Shown piece after piece: positions 20,958 to 32,353 of a DNA stretch of 64,000 nucleotides (its first letter is position 1; each line of letters opens with the position of its first letter). The stretch comes from an uncultured delta proteobacterium (GTDB lineage: Bacteria > Myxococcota > Myxococcia > Myxococcales > Myxococcaceae). The stretch covers positions 64,001-128,000 of the forward strand of contig CAVYSY010000038.1 in assembly GCA_963771175.1 (NCBI GenBank), given 5' to 3'. The notes below the pieces were generated by a model, which did no database searches, was not told where the DNA came from, and saw nothing but the letters and a program-made list of their open reading frames with translations. The translations under genes were made by a program, and so were the position numbers.

Positions 20958-23900
20958 TTCGCTCCCGCGCAAGGCTCTACCCATCGGCGAATCAACTCCA
21001 GCAATCGCTCGGTATCGACCGGCTTGGAGAGGTAATCGGACGCTCCCGCTTCCAGGCACTTCTCTCGGTCATCCTTGAGAGCCCGGGCGGTGATGGCGAT
21101 GACGGGCAGGGACGCCCACCGGGAGTCAGCACGGATGGCCCTCATCGCCTGGTAGCCATCCATCTCCGGCATCATGACGTCCAACAGAACCACATCCAGC
21201 TCCGGATTCTTCACCATCAAATCCATGGCGGCCCGCCCGTCCTGGGCGAAGGTCACCTGCATGCCGTGGCTCTCCAGCACGCTGGTGAGCGCGAAGATGT
21301 TGCGCGCATCGTCGTCCACCAGCAGCACCTTGCGGCCGGTGAGCGAGCGGGTGAGCTCCTTCGACTCCTCGTTCGCCACGCGCGACTGGTCCCCGACGCG
21401 GCGCAAGAAGCGGCCCACCTCGGCCACCACCGCCTCGGGCGAGCGGGCGACAGCCTCGAGCAGCACGGACTCGGCCGAGCGCCGCAGCCGCCGCTCGTCA
21501 TCCGGCAGGAGCTGCGAGCCGCTATAGAGGAGGACGGGGGGCAGCCGGGCGGGCCGGCGTACCAGCCCTACCAGGAGCTTCATCCCCCGCCCACCGGGCG
21601 AGGCGAGGTCCAAGGCCAGCACGTCCACCTCCCCGTGGTCCAGCGCCTCCATGGTGGAGGTCGACTCCAGCTCCCGCAGCTCCAGGGGCTCGCCCATGTC
21701 GATGAGCTGCTCCACGCTCTCGCGCAGCTCGGGCGTGGGGTCCACCAGCAGCAGCCGGAGGGGCGCGCCGTCGGGCTTGAGGTCCAGGTGGCTGAAGGCG
21801 CCCTGGATGGCCTCGGGAGAGAAGGGCCGGTCCAGGAAGGCGAAGCCGCCGCCGCACGAGGCGCCACGCAGACGGTCCACGCTCACCACCTGGACGGGGA
21901 TGCGGCGGGTGCGCGGGTCTCGCTTGAGTCGGTCGAGCACGGACCAGCCGTCGATGACGGGCAGGCCGAGCTGCAGGACGATGGCGTACGGCTTGAGCCG
22001 CTGGGCGAGCGAGAGCGCCACATCGCCGCGCGTGGCCACCAGCGCCTTCAGGCCGTTCTGGTGCGCGGTGGCCACCAGACCGCGGGCGAACTCCACGTCG
22101 TCCACCGCCACGAGCAGCACGCGATCATCCGCGCGCAGGTCGTCCCGGTCATCCACCAGGGGACTGAGGGTCACCGTGCCCGGCACGTCGGTGTCGGGCG
22201 GCAGCAGCTCGCGCAGCATGGGGGTGTAGTCCACGTCCATCTCGCTGGCCGGCTCGCCCCCGCGCTCGGGGCCGCTGTAGCTGCGCGGCAGGTACAGGGT
22301 GAAGATGCTGCCCGCCCCGCGCGCGCTCTTCACGCGGATTTCGCCGCCCAGCAGTCGGGCCAACTCACGGCTGATGGAGAGGCCCAGGCCCGTGCCACCA
22401 TACTTGCGGCTGGTGGTGCCGTCGGCCTGCTGGAAGGCCTCGAAGATGAGCTTCTGCTTGTCCTCGGGGATGCCGATGCCCGTGTCGATGATGGAGAAGG
22501 CCAGCACCTGGTCGGCCTCCACCAGCTCCGGGGCGGCGAAGCGCTCCTCGGTGTCCGCCATGCGGATGCGCAGCGTCACCTGGCCGGCGCTGGTGAACTT
22601 GAAGGCGTTGGAGAGCAGGTTCTTCAGGATCTGCTGCAGCCGCTTCGGATCGGTGAAGACGGTGACCGGCACCTCCGGGCCCACCTCGGTGAGGAAGCCC
22701 AGGTTCTTCTGCTCGGCCACCGGGCCGAACGTGCGCCGGGCGAAGTCCACCAGCTCGGCCAGCGCCGAGTCGCGCGGCTCCACCTGCATCTTCCCGGCCT
22801 CCACCTTGGACAGGTCGAGGATTTCATTGATGAGGGACAGCAGGTCCCCACCCGAGGAGTAGATGGTCTCCGCGTACTCCACCTGCTTGCGGCTGAGGCT
22901 GGCGTCGGAGTTGTCCGCGAGCAGCTTGGCCAGCACCAGCATGCTGTTGAGCGGCGTGCGCAGCTCGTGGGACATGTTGGCGAGGAACTCGCTCTTGTAC
23001 TTGGAGATGATCGAGAGCTGCTCGGCCTTCTCCTCCAGGGAGGCGCGCGCCTGCTCCACCTCGTGGTTGTTCTTCTCCACCTTGATGTTCTGCTGCTCGA
23101 GCAGCTTGGCCTTCTCCTCCAGCTCGAGGGCCTGGGCCTCCAGCGCCGAGTTGGAGCGCTTGAGCTCCTCCTGCTGCTGGGTGAGCTCACGCGACTGGCT
23201 CTGCAGCTCGTTGGCGAGGCTCTGCGACTGCCGCAGCAGCTCCTCGGTGCGCATGTTGGCCATGATCATGTTCAGCACCACGCCGATGCTCTCGGTGAGC
23301 TGGTCCAGGAAGATTTGATGGATGGCGCTGAACGGGTGGAAGGAGGCCAGCTCGATGACGGCCTTGACCTCGCCCTCGAAGAGGACGGGCAGGACGATGA
23401 GGTTGAGGGGGCTGGCCTCGCCCAGGCCGGAGGTGATGCGGATGTAGTCCGCCGGCACGTGGGTGAGGAGGATGGTCTTCTTCTCCAGGGCGCACTGGCC
23501 CACCACGCCCTCGCCGAGGCGGAAGCGGTTGCCCACGTTCTTGCGCTCCCGGTAGGCGTAGCTGGAGGTGAGCTTGGCCACGGGCGCGCCGTCCTCGGTG
23601 TCCATGAGGAAGAAGGCGCCGTGGTGCGCGGACACCAGGGGCGTCAGCTCGGACATGATGAGCCGGGAGACGGCCTCCAGGTTCTTCTGGCCCTGCATCA
23701 TGCCGGAGAACTTCGCGAGGTTCGTCTTCAGCCAGTCCTGCTCGGTGTTCTTCTGGGTCGTCTCCTTGAGGTTGACGATCATCTGGTTGATGTTGTCCTT
23801 CAGGGCGGCCAACTCGCCGCCGCGCATCCACCGCGATGAACCGGGTCAGGTCACCCTTCGTCACGGCGGTGGCCACATCGGAGATGGCGCGAACCTGGGA

Positions 23901-26236
23901 CGTCAGGTTGCCGGCGAGCTGATTCACGTTGTCGGTGAGCTGCCTCCAGGCCCCGCGCGCACCGGGCACCTTGGCCTGGCCACCCAGCTTGCCCTCGATG
24001 CCCACCTCGCGGGCCACCGTGGACACCTGCTGGGCGAAGGTGCCCAGCGTGTCCGTCATGCTGTTGATGGTGTCCGCCAGCGCGGCCACCTCGCCCTTCG
24101 CGTCCACGACGAGCTTCTGGGTGAGGTCGCCGTTGGCGACCGCGGTCACCACCTTGACGATGCCTCGCACCTGGGTCGTCAGGTTGCGGGCCATCAGGTT
24201 CACGTTGTCGGTGAGGTCCTTCCACGTACCGGCGACACCGGGCACACGCGCCTGGCCGCCCAGCTTGCCCTCGGTCCCCACCTCGCGAGCCACGCGGGTC
24301 ACTTCCGAGGCGAACGCGTTGAGCTGATCCACCATCGTGTTGATGGTGTCCTTCAGCTCCAGGATTTCACCCTTCGCGTCGACGGTGATCTTCTTGGACA
24401 GGTCGCCATTGGCGACCGCCGTCGTCACCTTGGCGATGTTTCGCACCTGGTTGGTCAGGTTGGAGGCCATCGAGTTCACGCTGTCGGTCAGGTCCTTCCA
24501 GACGCCGGACACGCCCTGCACCTCGGCCTGACCGCCCAGCTTTCCTTCCGTCCCCACCTCGCGAGCGACGCGGGTCACTTCCGCGGCGAACGAGCGGAGC
24601 TGGTCCACCATCGTGTTGATGGTGTTCTTCAGCTCGAGGATCTCCCCCTTCACGTCGACGGTGATCTTCTTGGACAGGTCTCCATTGGCCACCGCCGTCG
24701 TCACCAGCGCGATGTTTCGCACCTGCGCGGTGAGGTTGGAGGCCATGAAGTTCACGTTGTCCGTGAGGTCCTTCCACGTACCGGAGACGCCGGGCACGTC
24801 GGCCTGACCGCCCAGCTTCCCTTCCGTCCCCACTTCCTTGGCGACGCGGGTCACCTCACCGGCGAACGAGCGGAGCTGCTCCACCATCGTGTTGATGGTG
24901 TTCTTCAGCTCGAGCACCTCGCCCCGGGCGTCCACCGTGATCTTCTTGGACAGGTCACCGCGAGCGACGGCGGTGCTGACCTCGGCGATGTTTCGCACCT
25001 GGGCGGTCAGGTTGTTGGCGAGCAGGTTCACGTTGTCCGTGAGGTCCTTCCACGTCCCGCCACACCCGGCACATCCGCCTGGGCGCCCAGCTTGCCCTCG
25101 ACGCCCACCGTCTTGGCGACGCTGGTCACCTGGTCGGCGAAGATGCCCAGGGTCTTGGTCATGCTGTTGAGCGTGTCGGCCAGTGCGGCCACCTCGCCCT
25201 TGGCATCGACCACGAGGCGCTGGGACAGGTCACCGTTGGCGACCGCGGTCACCACCTTGACGATGCCTCGCACCTGGGTGGTGAGGTTGGAGGCCATCAG
25301 GTTCACGTTGTCCGTGAGGTCCTTCCACACGCCGGAGACGCCCGGCACGTCGGCCTGGCCGCCCAGCTTGCCCTCGGTCCCCACTTCCTTCGCGACGCGC
25401 GTCACTTCGCCCGCGAACGAGCGGAGCTGGTCCACCATCGTGTTGACGGTGTTCTTCAGCTCGAGCACCTCGCCTCGCGCGTCCACCGTAATCTTGCGCG
25501 ACAGGTCACCGCGCGCCACCGAGGTCGTCACCTCGGCGATGTTTCGCACCTGCGCGGTCAGGTTGTTGGCGAGCTGGTTCACGCTGTCGGTGAGGTCCTT
25601 CCACGTACCGGCGACACCGGGCACGCGGGCCTGACCGCCCAGCTTTCCTTCCGTACCGACCTCGCGCGCGACGCGCGTCACCTCGGCGGCGAACGAGCTG
25701 AGCTGATCCACCATCGCGTTCACGGTGGTACCGATGCGAAGGAACTCGCCCTTCACCGGCTGCCCGGGCAGGTCCAGCGCCATCTTCTGGGTCAGGTCAC
25801 CTCGCGCCACCGCGCCCAGCACGCGCGCCACCTCGGTGGTGGGCTGCACCAGGTCGGCGATGAGCGAGTTGATGGAGCCAAGGCTGGAGGCCCAGCCACC
25901 GCTCACCGGCCCGAGCGAGGCGCGCTCGGCCATCTGGCCCTCGCGGCCCACCACGCGCTCGACACGGACGAGCTCGTCCTGCATCCGCTGGTTCATCGCC
26001 ACCATGCCGTTGAAGGCGTGGGCAATCTCCGCCATGGCCGCGGGCTGCTCCTCCGGCGCCAGACGCACGGAGAAGTCGCCATAGGTGACGGCACGCAAGG
26101 ACTCCAGCAGCGTCTCGAGCGCTGCATTGCTCGCCGAGCGCCGAGGGGAATGGCCACCGCGGCGCGCGAGCGCGGTCGGCTTGCGCAGCTTCTTTCCGGT
26201 CTGGATACGGGTGGGATGCTTGGTGCGACGGTTCAC
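20954..26236 (-). CDS. poly-HAMP, GAF, histidine kinase, triple-receiver hybrid kinase (frameshifts near 25060 and 23825)
   Basis: Seven GKLG[GA]QA 92-aa repeats, GAF domain, H-box [27 protein letters not shown], three receiver-like domains; GTG start preceded by GGAG. Confidence 0.88.
23830..25800. repeat. 276-bp tandem coding repeat (poly-HAMP units)
   Basis: CCCAGCTT anchor at 23983, 24259, 24535, 24811, 25086, 25362 and 25638. Confidence 0.9.
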
Positions 26237-26540
26237 GTCCTGCTCCAGTGCGGAGGGGTTGGCGTTTGTCCCAACCCAAGGACGCTCTCCGTTCGTTCCT
26301 GCATCGACCATGCCCCGCACGAGGGCAGACGCCCGGTCGAGCGCACACGCGGCCCGGAATTCCCCGCCCCGACGTTGGGCATCCGTGAAGAGTGCTTCCA
26401 CGTCCAGCGGCCCGGCGAGCCAGCCCCCCTCCTCGCGGGCTCTCCGCGGCCTTCACGGGAGCGCGCATCCCCACGCACGGCGCCGATGGCACCGGTTTGC
26501 TCCTCGCCCGGTGCCATCGGCGTCTTTTTTCACCGGACGC

Positions 26541-26825
26541 TCACCCGTTGGTGCCGATGATGCCGAAGCAGTCGTCGATGCAGCTCCTGAACGCCTCGGA
26601 GCACACGCGCTCCGAGACGCACTCGGCGCACTCATTCGCCCTGTCCGCATAGTCATTGTCGTCGTCGGCCTTGCCGCTGCACGAGTCCGTGCAGGCGTCC
26701 ACGTTCAGGCCCGCGGACAGGCACTCCTGCTCCTTCTCACAGACGACGCGGCAGTCGCTCTTGCAGCCGCTCAGCACCATCGCGAGTCCCAGGGTCGCCA
26801 CCAGCGTCACGATTCGATTCTTCAT
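26541..26825 (-). CDS. small Cys-rich lipoprotein
   Basis: Lipobox VLSGC; repeated CxxxC and CxxC spacing in a ~94-aa protein. Confidence 0.75.
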   Translation of the reverse strand: MKNRIVTLVATLGLAMVLSGCKSDCRVVCEKEQECLSAGLNVDACTDSCSGKADDDNDYADRANECAECVSERVCSEAFRSCIDDCFGIIGTNG

Positions 26826-27212
26826 GTGCTCCTCCTTCTTGGCGCGGCGCATCTTGCATGCGGACGCGCGCCCGGCGAATGAAGAACGTGGGCGCGACGC
26901 CCCCGTTGGCCTCAGCCCGACGCCGGAGGCTCCTGGCGCAGCACGGACAGCAGAAAAATGCATACCCGGGCCAGCGGCTCCACCAGGGCCCGGTGCTCCT
27001 CCTTCCCCGAGCCCAGGATGCCGATGACTTCACGTCGGGTGCTCATGGCTTCGCTCCGGGCGAGAACGAGGAGGGAAAGGCCCCCACCCTACCCTTGTCC
27101 CTGAGCAGGAGAGGGCTCGCGACCTCGTCCCCTTCGCGAGCGTCTGGAAGCTGGCCTCAACGCGCCGCGGCGTACACAATCGCACGTCCTTTTCGCCTCT
27201 CCCTGGAAAGCC

Positions 27213-28610
27213 ATGACGACCTCCGCACCGCTGCCTCCCATGCCCCCGGGCCACTGGCTGTGGGGCCACCAGCTCCAGCGTCAGACGGATCCGCTCGGCC
27301 TCTACCTGCGAGCCCGCCAGCAGTTCGGGGACGTGGTGCGCTACCGCATGGCCTACGTCTTCGTGGAGCAGCTCACCCACCCGGACCACGTCAAGCACGT
27401 GCTCGCCGACGCGAGCGCCCGCTACACGAAGGGCTCCGTCTTCGACAAGACGCGCCCGCTGGTGGGCAACGGCCTGCTCACCGCCGAGGGTGACTTCTGG
27501 AAGCGCCAGCGTCGGCTCTCCCAGCCCGCATTCCACCGGGAGCGCCTGGCCGCGCTCGCCACCATGATGACGGACAGCGTCTCCGAGCTGCTCCAGACCT
27601 GGGCGCCCGCGGTGGACGCGAGCCGGCCCGTGCCGGTGTTCCAGGAGATGATGAAGCTCACCCTCACCGTGGCGGTGCGCGCCCTCTTCAGCGCGGACGT
27701 GCGGGAGCAGACGAACGCCCTGGGCGAGGCCTTCACCACCGCGCTCGAGGTCACCAACGAGCGCATCGTCTCGCCCCTCCCCTACCAGCCCTGGCTCTAC
27801 CGGCTGCCCACGAAGAAGAACCGCGCCTTCCAGCAGGCGGCGGCCACGGTGGAGCGCATCGTGGGCGGCATCATCTCCTCGCGCCGCGCGGCGGGGGCCG
27901 CGAAGGCGAGCGATCTGCTCGGCATGCTGATGGAGGCGTGCGACGCGGACACCGGCGACGCCTTCGATGACGCGCAGCTCCGCGACGAGGTGATGACGCT
28001 GCTGCTGGCCGGCCACGAGACGACGGCGACCTCTCTCGCGTGGACCTTCCATCTGCTGGAGAAGCACCCCGAGGTGGAGGCCACCCTGCACGCGGAGGTG
28101 GACGCGGTGCTCGGCGGGCGCGTGCCCACGGTGGAGGACCTGCCGAAGCTGCGCTACGTGACGTGCGTCTTCGAGGAGGCGATGCGCCTCTACCCGCCCA
28201 TCTGGGCCATTCCCCGGGTGCCCACCGAGGACGACGAGGTGGGCGGCTTCCGGATTCCCAAGGGGGACATCGTCATCCTCGTCCCCTACGTCACCCACCG
28301 CCACCCGGACTTCTGGCCCGAGCCCGAGCGATTCGAGCCCACGCGCTTCCTGCCAGAGAACAGCAAGGATCGGCCGCGCTGGGCCTACCTGCCCTTCGGT
28401 GGGGGGCAGCGCCAGTGCATCGGCAACAACTTCGCGATGATGGAGGCGCAGCTCATCCTCGCCATGGTGGCCCAGCGTTTCACCCTGCGCGGGGTGCCCG
28501 GCGTGCCGGTGGAGCCCGAGCCTCTCGTCACCCTCCGCCCCCGAGGCTCCATGCCCATGGGGGTGGTGCGCCGCGAGGACGCGCCCCAGGTGCAATCGCG
28601 GACGGGGTGA
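27213..28610 (+). CDS. cytochrome P450
   Basis: AGHETT I-helix, EAMRLYPP (ExxR), PERF, heme motif FGGGQRQCIG. Confidence 0.95.
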   Translation: MTTSAPLPPMPPGHWLWGHQLQRQTDPLGLYLRARQQFGDVVRYRMAYVFVEQLTHPDHVKHVLADASARYTKGSVFDKTRPLVGNGLLTAEGDFWKRQRRLSQPAFHRERLAALATMMTDSVSELLQTWAPAVDASRPVPVFQEMMKLTLTVAVRALFSADVREQTNALGEAFTTALEVTNERIVSPLPYQPWLYRLPTKKNRAFQQAAATVERIVGGIISSRRAAGAAKASDLLGMLMEACDADTGDAFDDAQLRDEVMTLLLAGHETTATSLAWTFHLLEKHPEVEATLHAEVDAVLGGRVPTVEDLPKLRYVTCVFEEAMRLYPPIWAIPRVPTEDDEVGGFRIPKGDIVILVPYVTHRHPDFWPEPERFEPTRFLPENSKDRPRWAYLPFGGGQRQCIGNNFAMMEAQLILAMVAQRFTLRGVPGVPVEPEPLVTLRPRGSMPMGVVRREDAPQVQSRTG

Positions 28611-28638
28611 GCCACGCGGGGGCCTGCCTCGGGGTCCC

Positions 28639-29619
28639 TCAGAAGAGGGGGGAGCCGCAGTCGAGCAGGCAGCTATCGGCGGTGACGCCCCAGCCGGGGC
28701 TCTCGCCCAGCTGGCAGACGCCGTCGCCGCAGTGGTGGATGTCCTGCGGGAGGAGGCGGGTGGTGAGCGGCTTGTACTGCACGCCGTTGTAGGTGCAGCT
28801 CGTGTAGAAGGTGCCGCTGGCGTCCAGCGTGCAGTAGTCCTCGCACTGGCCGATGCGCCTCACCTGCGAGCACGCCTCGTTGGAGAGCGCCCCGTAGCCT
28901 GTCAGGCCGCACGGGCGCGAGGTGCTCTCGTCGGCGGCCAGGGAGTTGCGGTCATTGCCGGCGAAGAGCCCCTCGTCGGTGAAGACGTTGCCAAAGAAGC
29001 AGGACTCCTTCTTGGCGAAGGTCGCCAGCTCGTCGGAGGAGTAGGGGATGGTCACCTCGTTCGAGTTGCGGCCCAGCACGGAGATGGAGACGTGCAGCCC
29101 GTAGTTGTTGGCGTGGGCCGCCAGGCACGAGGAGAGGGTCTGCTGCTCCACCAGGGTGGCCGGGGCCCCGCTCGCCCAGTTCGGCGCCAGGCCCAGCGCG
29201 CCCGACCAGGAGTAGACGACGCCCGTGTTCGGGTTGGTGAAGCCGCGCGTCTCGCCCTGGGGCACCGCGCAGCGCACCACGTAGCGCATGAGCTGGTCAT
29301 TCGCCTCGGGGTTGCTGTTGAACCAGGTGGAGAAGTCCGTGGTGGACAGGCCATTGAGCGACAGGCCGTTGAGCGACAGCCCGTTGAGCGACAGGCCGTT
29401 GAGCGACAGCCCGTTGAGCGACAGGCCATTGTCCATCTGGAGGTCCTGCCCCTGCGTCTGGAGCGCCGCCGCCTCGTCCTCGGTGGGCAGTTCCTGCACG
29501 CCGCAGCCGGTGGTGCCCACCAGCGCGAGCGCCGAGGAGACAATCCATGCCATTCCCTTCCGACCCGCCCCACGCCCAGCCATCCCGCTCCGCAGACCTT
29601 CGAACGACGTGAAACCCAT
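28639..29619 (-). CDS. myxobacterial lipoprotein with NGLSL pentapeptide repeats
   Basis: Lipobox-like TTGC; (NGLSL)x5; LMRYVVRCA, CLAAHAN; Cys-rich C-terminus. Confidence 0.75.
   Translation of the reverse strand: MGFTSFEGLRSGMAGRGAGRKGMAWIVSSALALVGTTGCGVQELPTEDEAAALQTQGQDLQMDNGLSLNGLSLNGLSLNGLSLNGLSLNGLSTTDFSTWFNSNPEANDQLMRYVVRCAVPQGETRGFTNPNTGVVYSWSGALGLAPNWASGAPATLVEQQTLSSCLAAHANNYGLHVSISVLGRNSNEVTIPYSSDELATFAKKESCFFGNVFTDEGLFAGNDRNSLAADESTSRPCGLTGYGALSNEACSQVRRIGQCEDYCTLDASGTFYTSCTYNGVQYKPLTTRLLPQDIHHCGDGVCQLGESPGWGVTADSCLLDCGSPLF
29343..29430. repeat. 15-bp tandem repeat, about 5.8 copies, encoding NGLSL
   Basis: CCGTTGAGCGACAG[GC] units visible directly. Confidence 0.9.
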
Positions 29620-29878
29620 GGCTCACCTCCGGCTCGTGGTCCCTCGCTCGGTTGGGGCCACAAGCCGAGGGTGAGTACCCAGGGCGTTCCCGGCATCTGC
29701 GGGAACTCGGGTAAAGCCATGGAGGTCTGCGACTCGACAACCTGCCCGTACAACGCGCGACTTTGTGCCCGGCTGAGCGTGAGGCACTCGACGCATGAGG
29801 GGTCGCCCCCACCCTCCCGACGGGTACCCGAGGGAAAATCTTTTCCCGCGCTGGGAAAAGTGACCGCCCGCGAGGGCC

Positions 29879-31563
29879 CTACCGTGGGAACGGCGAGCGC
29901 TCCTCGGCTCCCGCGAAGGCGATCAGCGCGCCCGCGGTGGCATGGGCATCGCCCTCATCGGAGTCCGTCCCCGTCGTGCCATCCGACAGTCGACCCTCGG
30001 ACTGCTGGTGCCTGACGAGCAACGTCCAGGAGGGCCTCGTGTGCGCCGCCTCCGGCCTCACCCGCGCACTGGAGACAGAAGGCCACCTCCGCCGCCAGGT
30101 CCACATGGCCCTGCTCCACCAGCCAGGGGGTGGCCACCAGCAACTCCTCCGTCCACGCCGCCGCGCGCGAGTCCCGGAGCGGGGCGCGCAGGTAGTGGGT
30201 GTCCAGCAGGTACAGGTGCGTGAGCCAGTAGAGGTCCACCAGGTGCGACATGTCCCGGTAGGCGCGCTCGGGGACGAGCAGGCGCACGTCCAGTCCACAC
30301 GAGGCGGCCATCTCTCCCAGCAGCCACGCATGGATGCCGTGGCCCTCGTCGTCGATCGACTCCAGGTAGGCGCGCAGGGCGGACGGCTCCAGGGGAGCGT
30401 GAGGCAGACCCCGCTCGCGGCGCACGTACCAGGCGTCCACCCGGGCCATGCCCACCTCGGGATCCAACCCGGGAGGAAGCGCCAGGGGGACCTCCGCCAG
30501 CGCGGCCACCGCCGACTCCAGTGTGGGCCCCAACCCTCGCCGTGCGAAGGCGCCGGGCGCGTGACCCTCCAGCATGTGCAGCGTCAGCGCGCGCAACGCC
30601 CGTGCCTCATCTCCCTCGCCCTCCGTCAGCGAGAGGAAGGCCCGCAGTGCGCGATCCACCTCATCCGTCCTCGGGGAAGCCGGAGGCGAGGGAGGCCCCG
30701 ACAGAAGGAAGAGGGACGTGGCATCCCGGGTGAAGGCGGGGCTACCGGGCATGTCGTGCACCGCGTCCGCCAGCACCGCGCTCGCGGCCGACGCGGCGTG
30801 CAAGGCCCGCGAGTAGCGCTCGCGGAAGGTGCGTCCCTCCACCTCCACGCGGTAGCGGTCCAACCGCCGGGCTCCGGCCTCCGCGGCGAGCGCGGCCTGA
30901 TGCCCACTCTTGAAGGTGAGGACGAGTGGCACGTCCGGGGGCGGCTCCACCGGCCGGACCGGCAGTGCGGCGGCGCGGGTCAGCTCCGCGAGCACCTCCT
31001 CGGAGGAACGCGAGCGGGCCCGCGTGACGGAGAGGGCCACCTTGGTGTGCACATACCCCACGCGGCCCTCGAGCCCCGCTTGCAGCACGTCATCTCCCGG
31101 AGACGAACACCGCCGGCACCCCGGCCTCCGCCGCGAGCGCCAGCACGAGGTCCGCCTCCGACAGGGCCCGGCCGGCGCACGTCCACGCGCCGAGCACGTC
31201 CACGGTGTGCGCACCAAAGCCCGCCGAGCCAGCCGCGGCATGCATGCCCACACAGGCCACCGCCTGAACGTCCTCGAAGACTTCCGGTGCGTACGCGTCC
31301 TCGGGGAGGAAGCAGGGCTCGGCGGCGGGGTGTAGCGCCTCGGGCAGCAGGTTCATCTCGCCGGAGCCGGACAGGTGGCTGTCACTCACCCGCACCCGCT
31401 GGAAGCCGGCGGCGAGCAGGCCCTCGACCGCGGCGTTCACCTCCGCCGTCAGGAGGGCCTGGGCGCGTCCGTACTCAGGAGTCCCGGAGATGAGCGCGCC
31501 GGGAGTATCCACGCCGGCCACGCCCTCGAGGTCGATGATGAGCAGCGCCCGGCGCGAGGTCAT
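29879..31563 (-). CDS. M55 (DppA D-aminopeptidase-like) metallopeptidase with a long C-terminal extension; frameshifts near 31095 and 29990
   Basis: IDLEGVAG, EVNAAVEG, SDSH, GMHAAAG, HT and VFVSGDD motifs; extension with YWLTHLYL..DLAAEVAFCL. Confidence 0.7.
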
Positions 31564-31572
31564 GGCGCTCGG

Positions 31573-32052
31573 CTACTTCCTGGGAGCACTGGGGCCACCC
31601 GATTTGATCCACTTCGCCAGCGCGAGCGCCGTGGGCTGGTCGATGAGCGAGGCATAGGTGGGCATGGTGGTGCCAGGGACGAACTGCTCCGGGTTGCGAA
31701 TCCACTTCGCCAGGTCCTGCTCGGATTTGGCGGCGGCCTGGGTGATGCGATCGTGGTAGCGGGCACCCGGGGCGTGGCACAGCGCGCAGCCCAGCCGAGC
31801 GAAGAGGGCGGAGGGGTCCACCTCCTTCTTGGGCTCGGCCTGCGCGAGGAGGAGGTCCGCGAGCAGCGCGGGCGCGGAGGTGCGCACGGAAGCGCCGGGC
31901 TCCACGGCCTCGAAGGACACGGAGGCGGGCGTCACCTGGGCCACCGGAGCACTGGCGGAGAAAGTGGTGTTGGCGACACTCGCGCACCCGGACAGCAGGG
32001 CACTGCCCGCCAGCAGGGTGCCAGACACGGCGCTCAGGACTCGTCGGTGCAT
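31573..32052 (-). CDS. c-type cytochrome lipoprotein
   Basis: Lipobox LSGC, heme motif CALCH, WIRNP..PGTTMP axial Met. Confidence 0.85.
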   Translation of the reverse strand: MHRRVLSAVSGTLLAGSALLSGCASVANTTFSASAPVAQVTPASVSFEAVEPGASVRTSAPALLADLLLAQAEPKKEVDPSALFARLGCALCHAPGARYHDRITQAAAKSEQDLAKWIRNPEQFVPGTTMPTYASLIDQPTALALAKWIKSGGPSAPRK

Positions 32053-32353
32053 CCGCTCACGCCCTCCGGAGAAATCCAGAATGCCGCAACTCAGGGTTCA
32101 AGGGTAGACACCCCCGTTCGTCTGGAGCCCAGCCGAGCGCGCGCCGGGCTGGAGCGTGGAGTCCACGAAGGTGCGCGGATCCACCACCGGACACCACCGG
32201 GGACCCGAGGCATTTTCGTGACGCCCCCTCCAGGCGCAGGGGATATATGGGGGGGGGTAACAAGGACGCCGGCGGTGTCCGCCAGGCAACACCCTTTGTT
32301 GCCCTTCCGGGGGCCGGCCCCAGCCGACACCCCGCCTCCAAGTTGGTACTGCC

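Noticed and set aside
16365..21035. 1556-aa plus-strand ORF and other very long ORFs (20885-23839, 40293-43280, 44175-47096, 61304-63934)
   Set aside because: Antisense shadows of real genes; stop-poor frames are expected at ~70% GC and the translations show no motifs
23830..25800. Regularly spaced repeats that could suggest a CRISPR array
   Set aside because: The 276-bp period is in-frame coding sequence for HAMP units, with no unique spacers and no cas genes
26955..26980. Sigma-54-like TGGCCC..TGCA upstream of the Cys-rich lipoprotein
   Set aside because: GG-to-GC spacing is 9 rather than the required 10 nt
29343..29430. Short tandem repeat as a CRISPR or non-coding VNTR
   Set aside because: Contiguous 15-bp units without spacers, in frame within a lipoprotein gene
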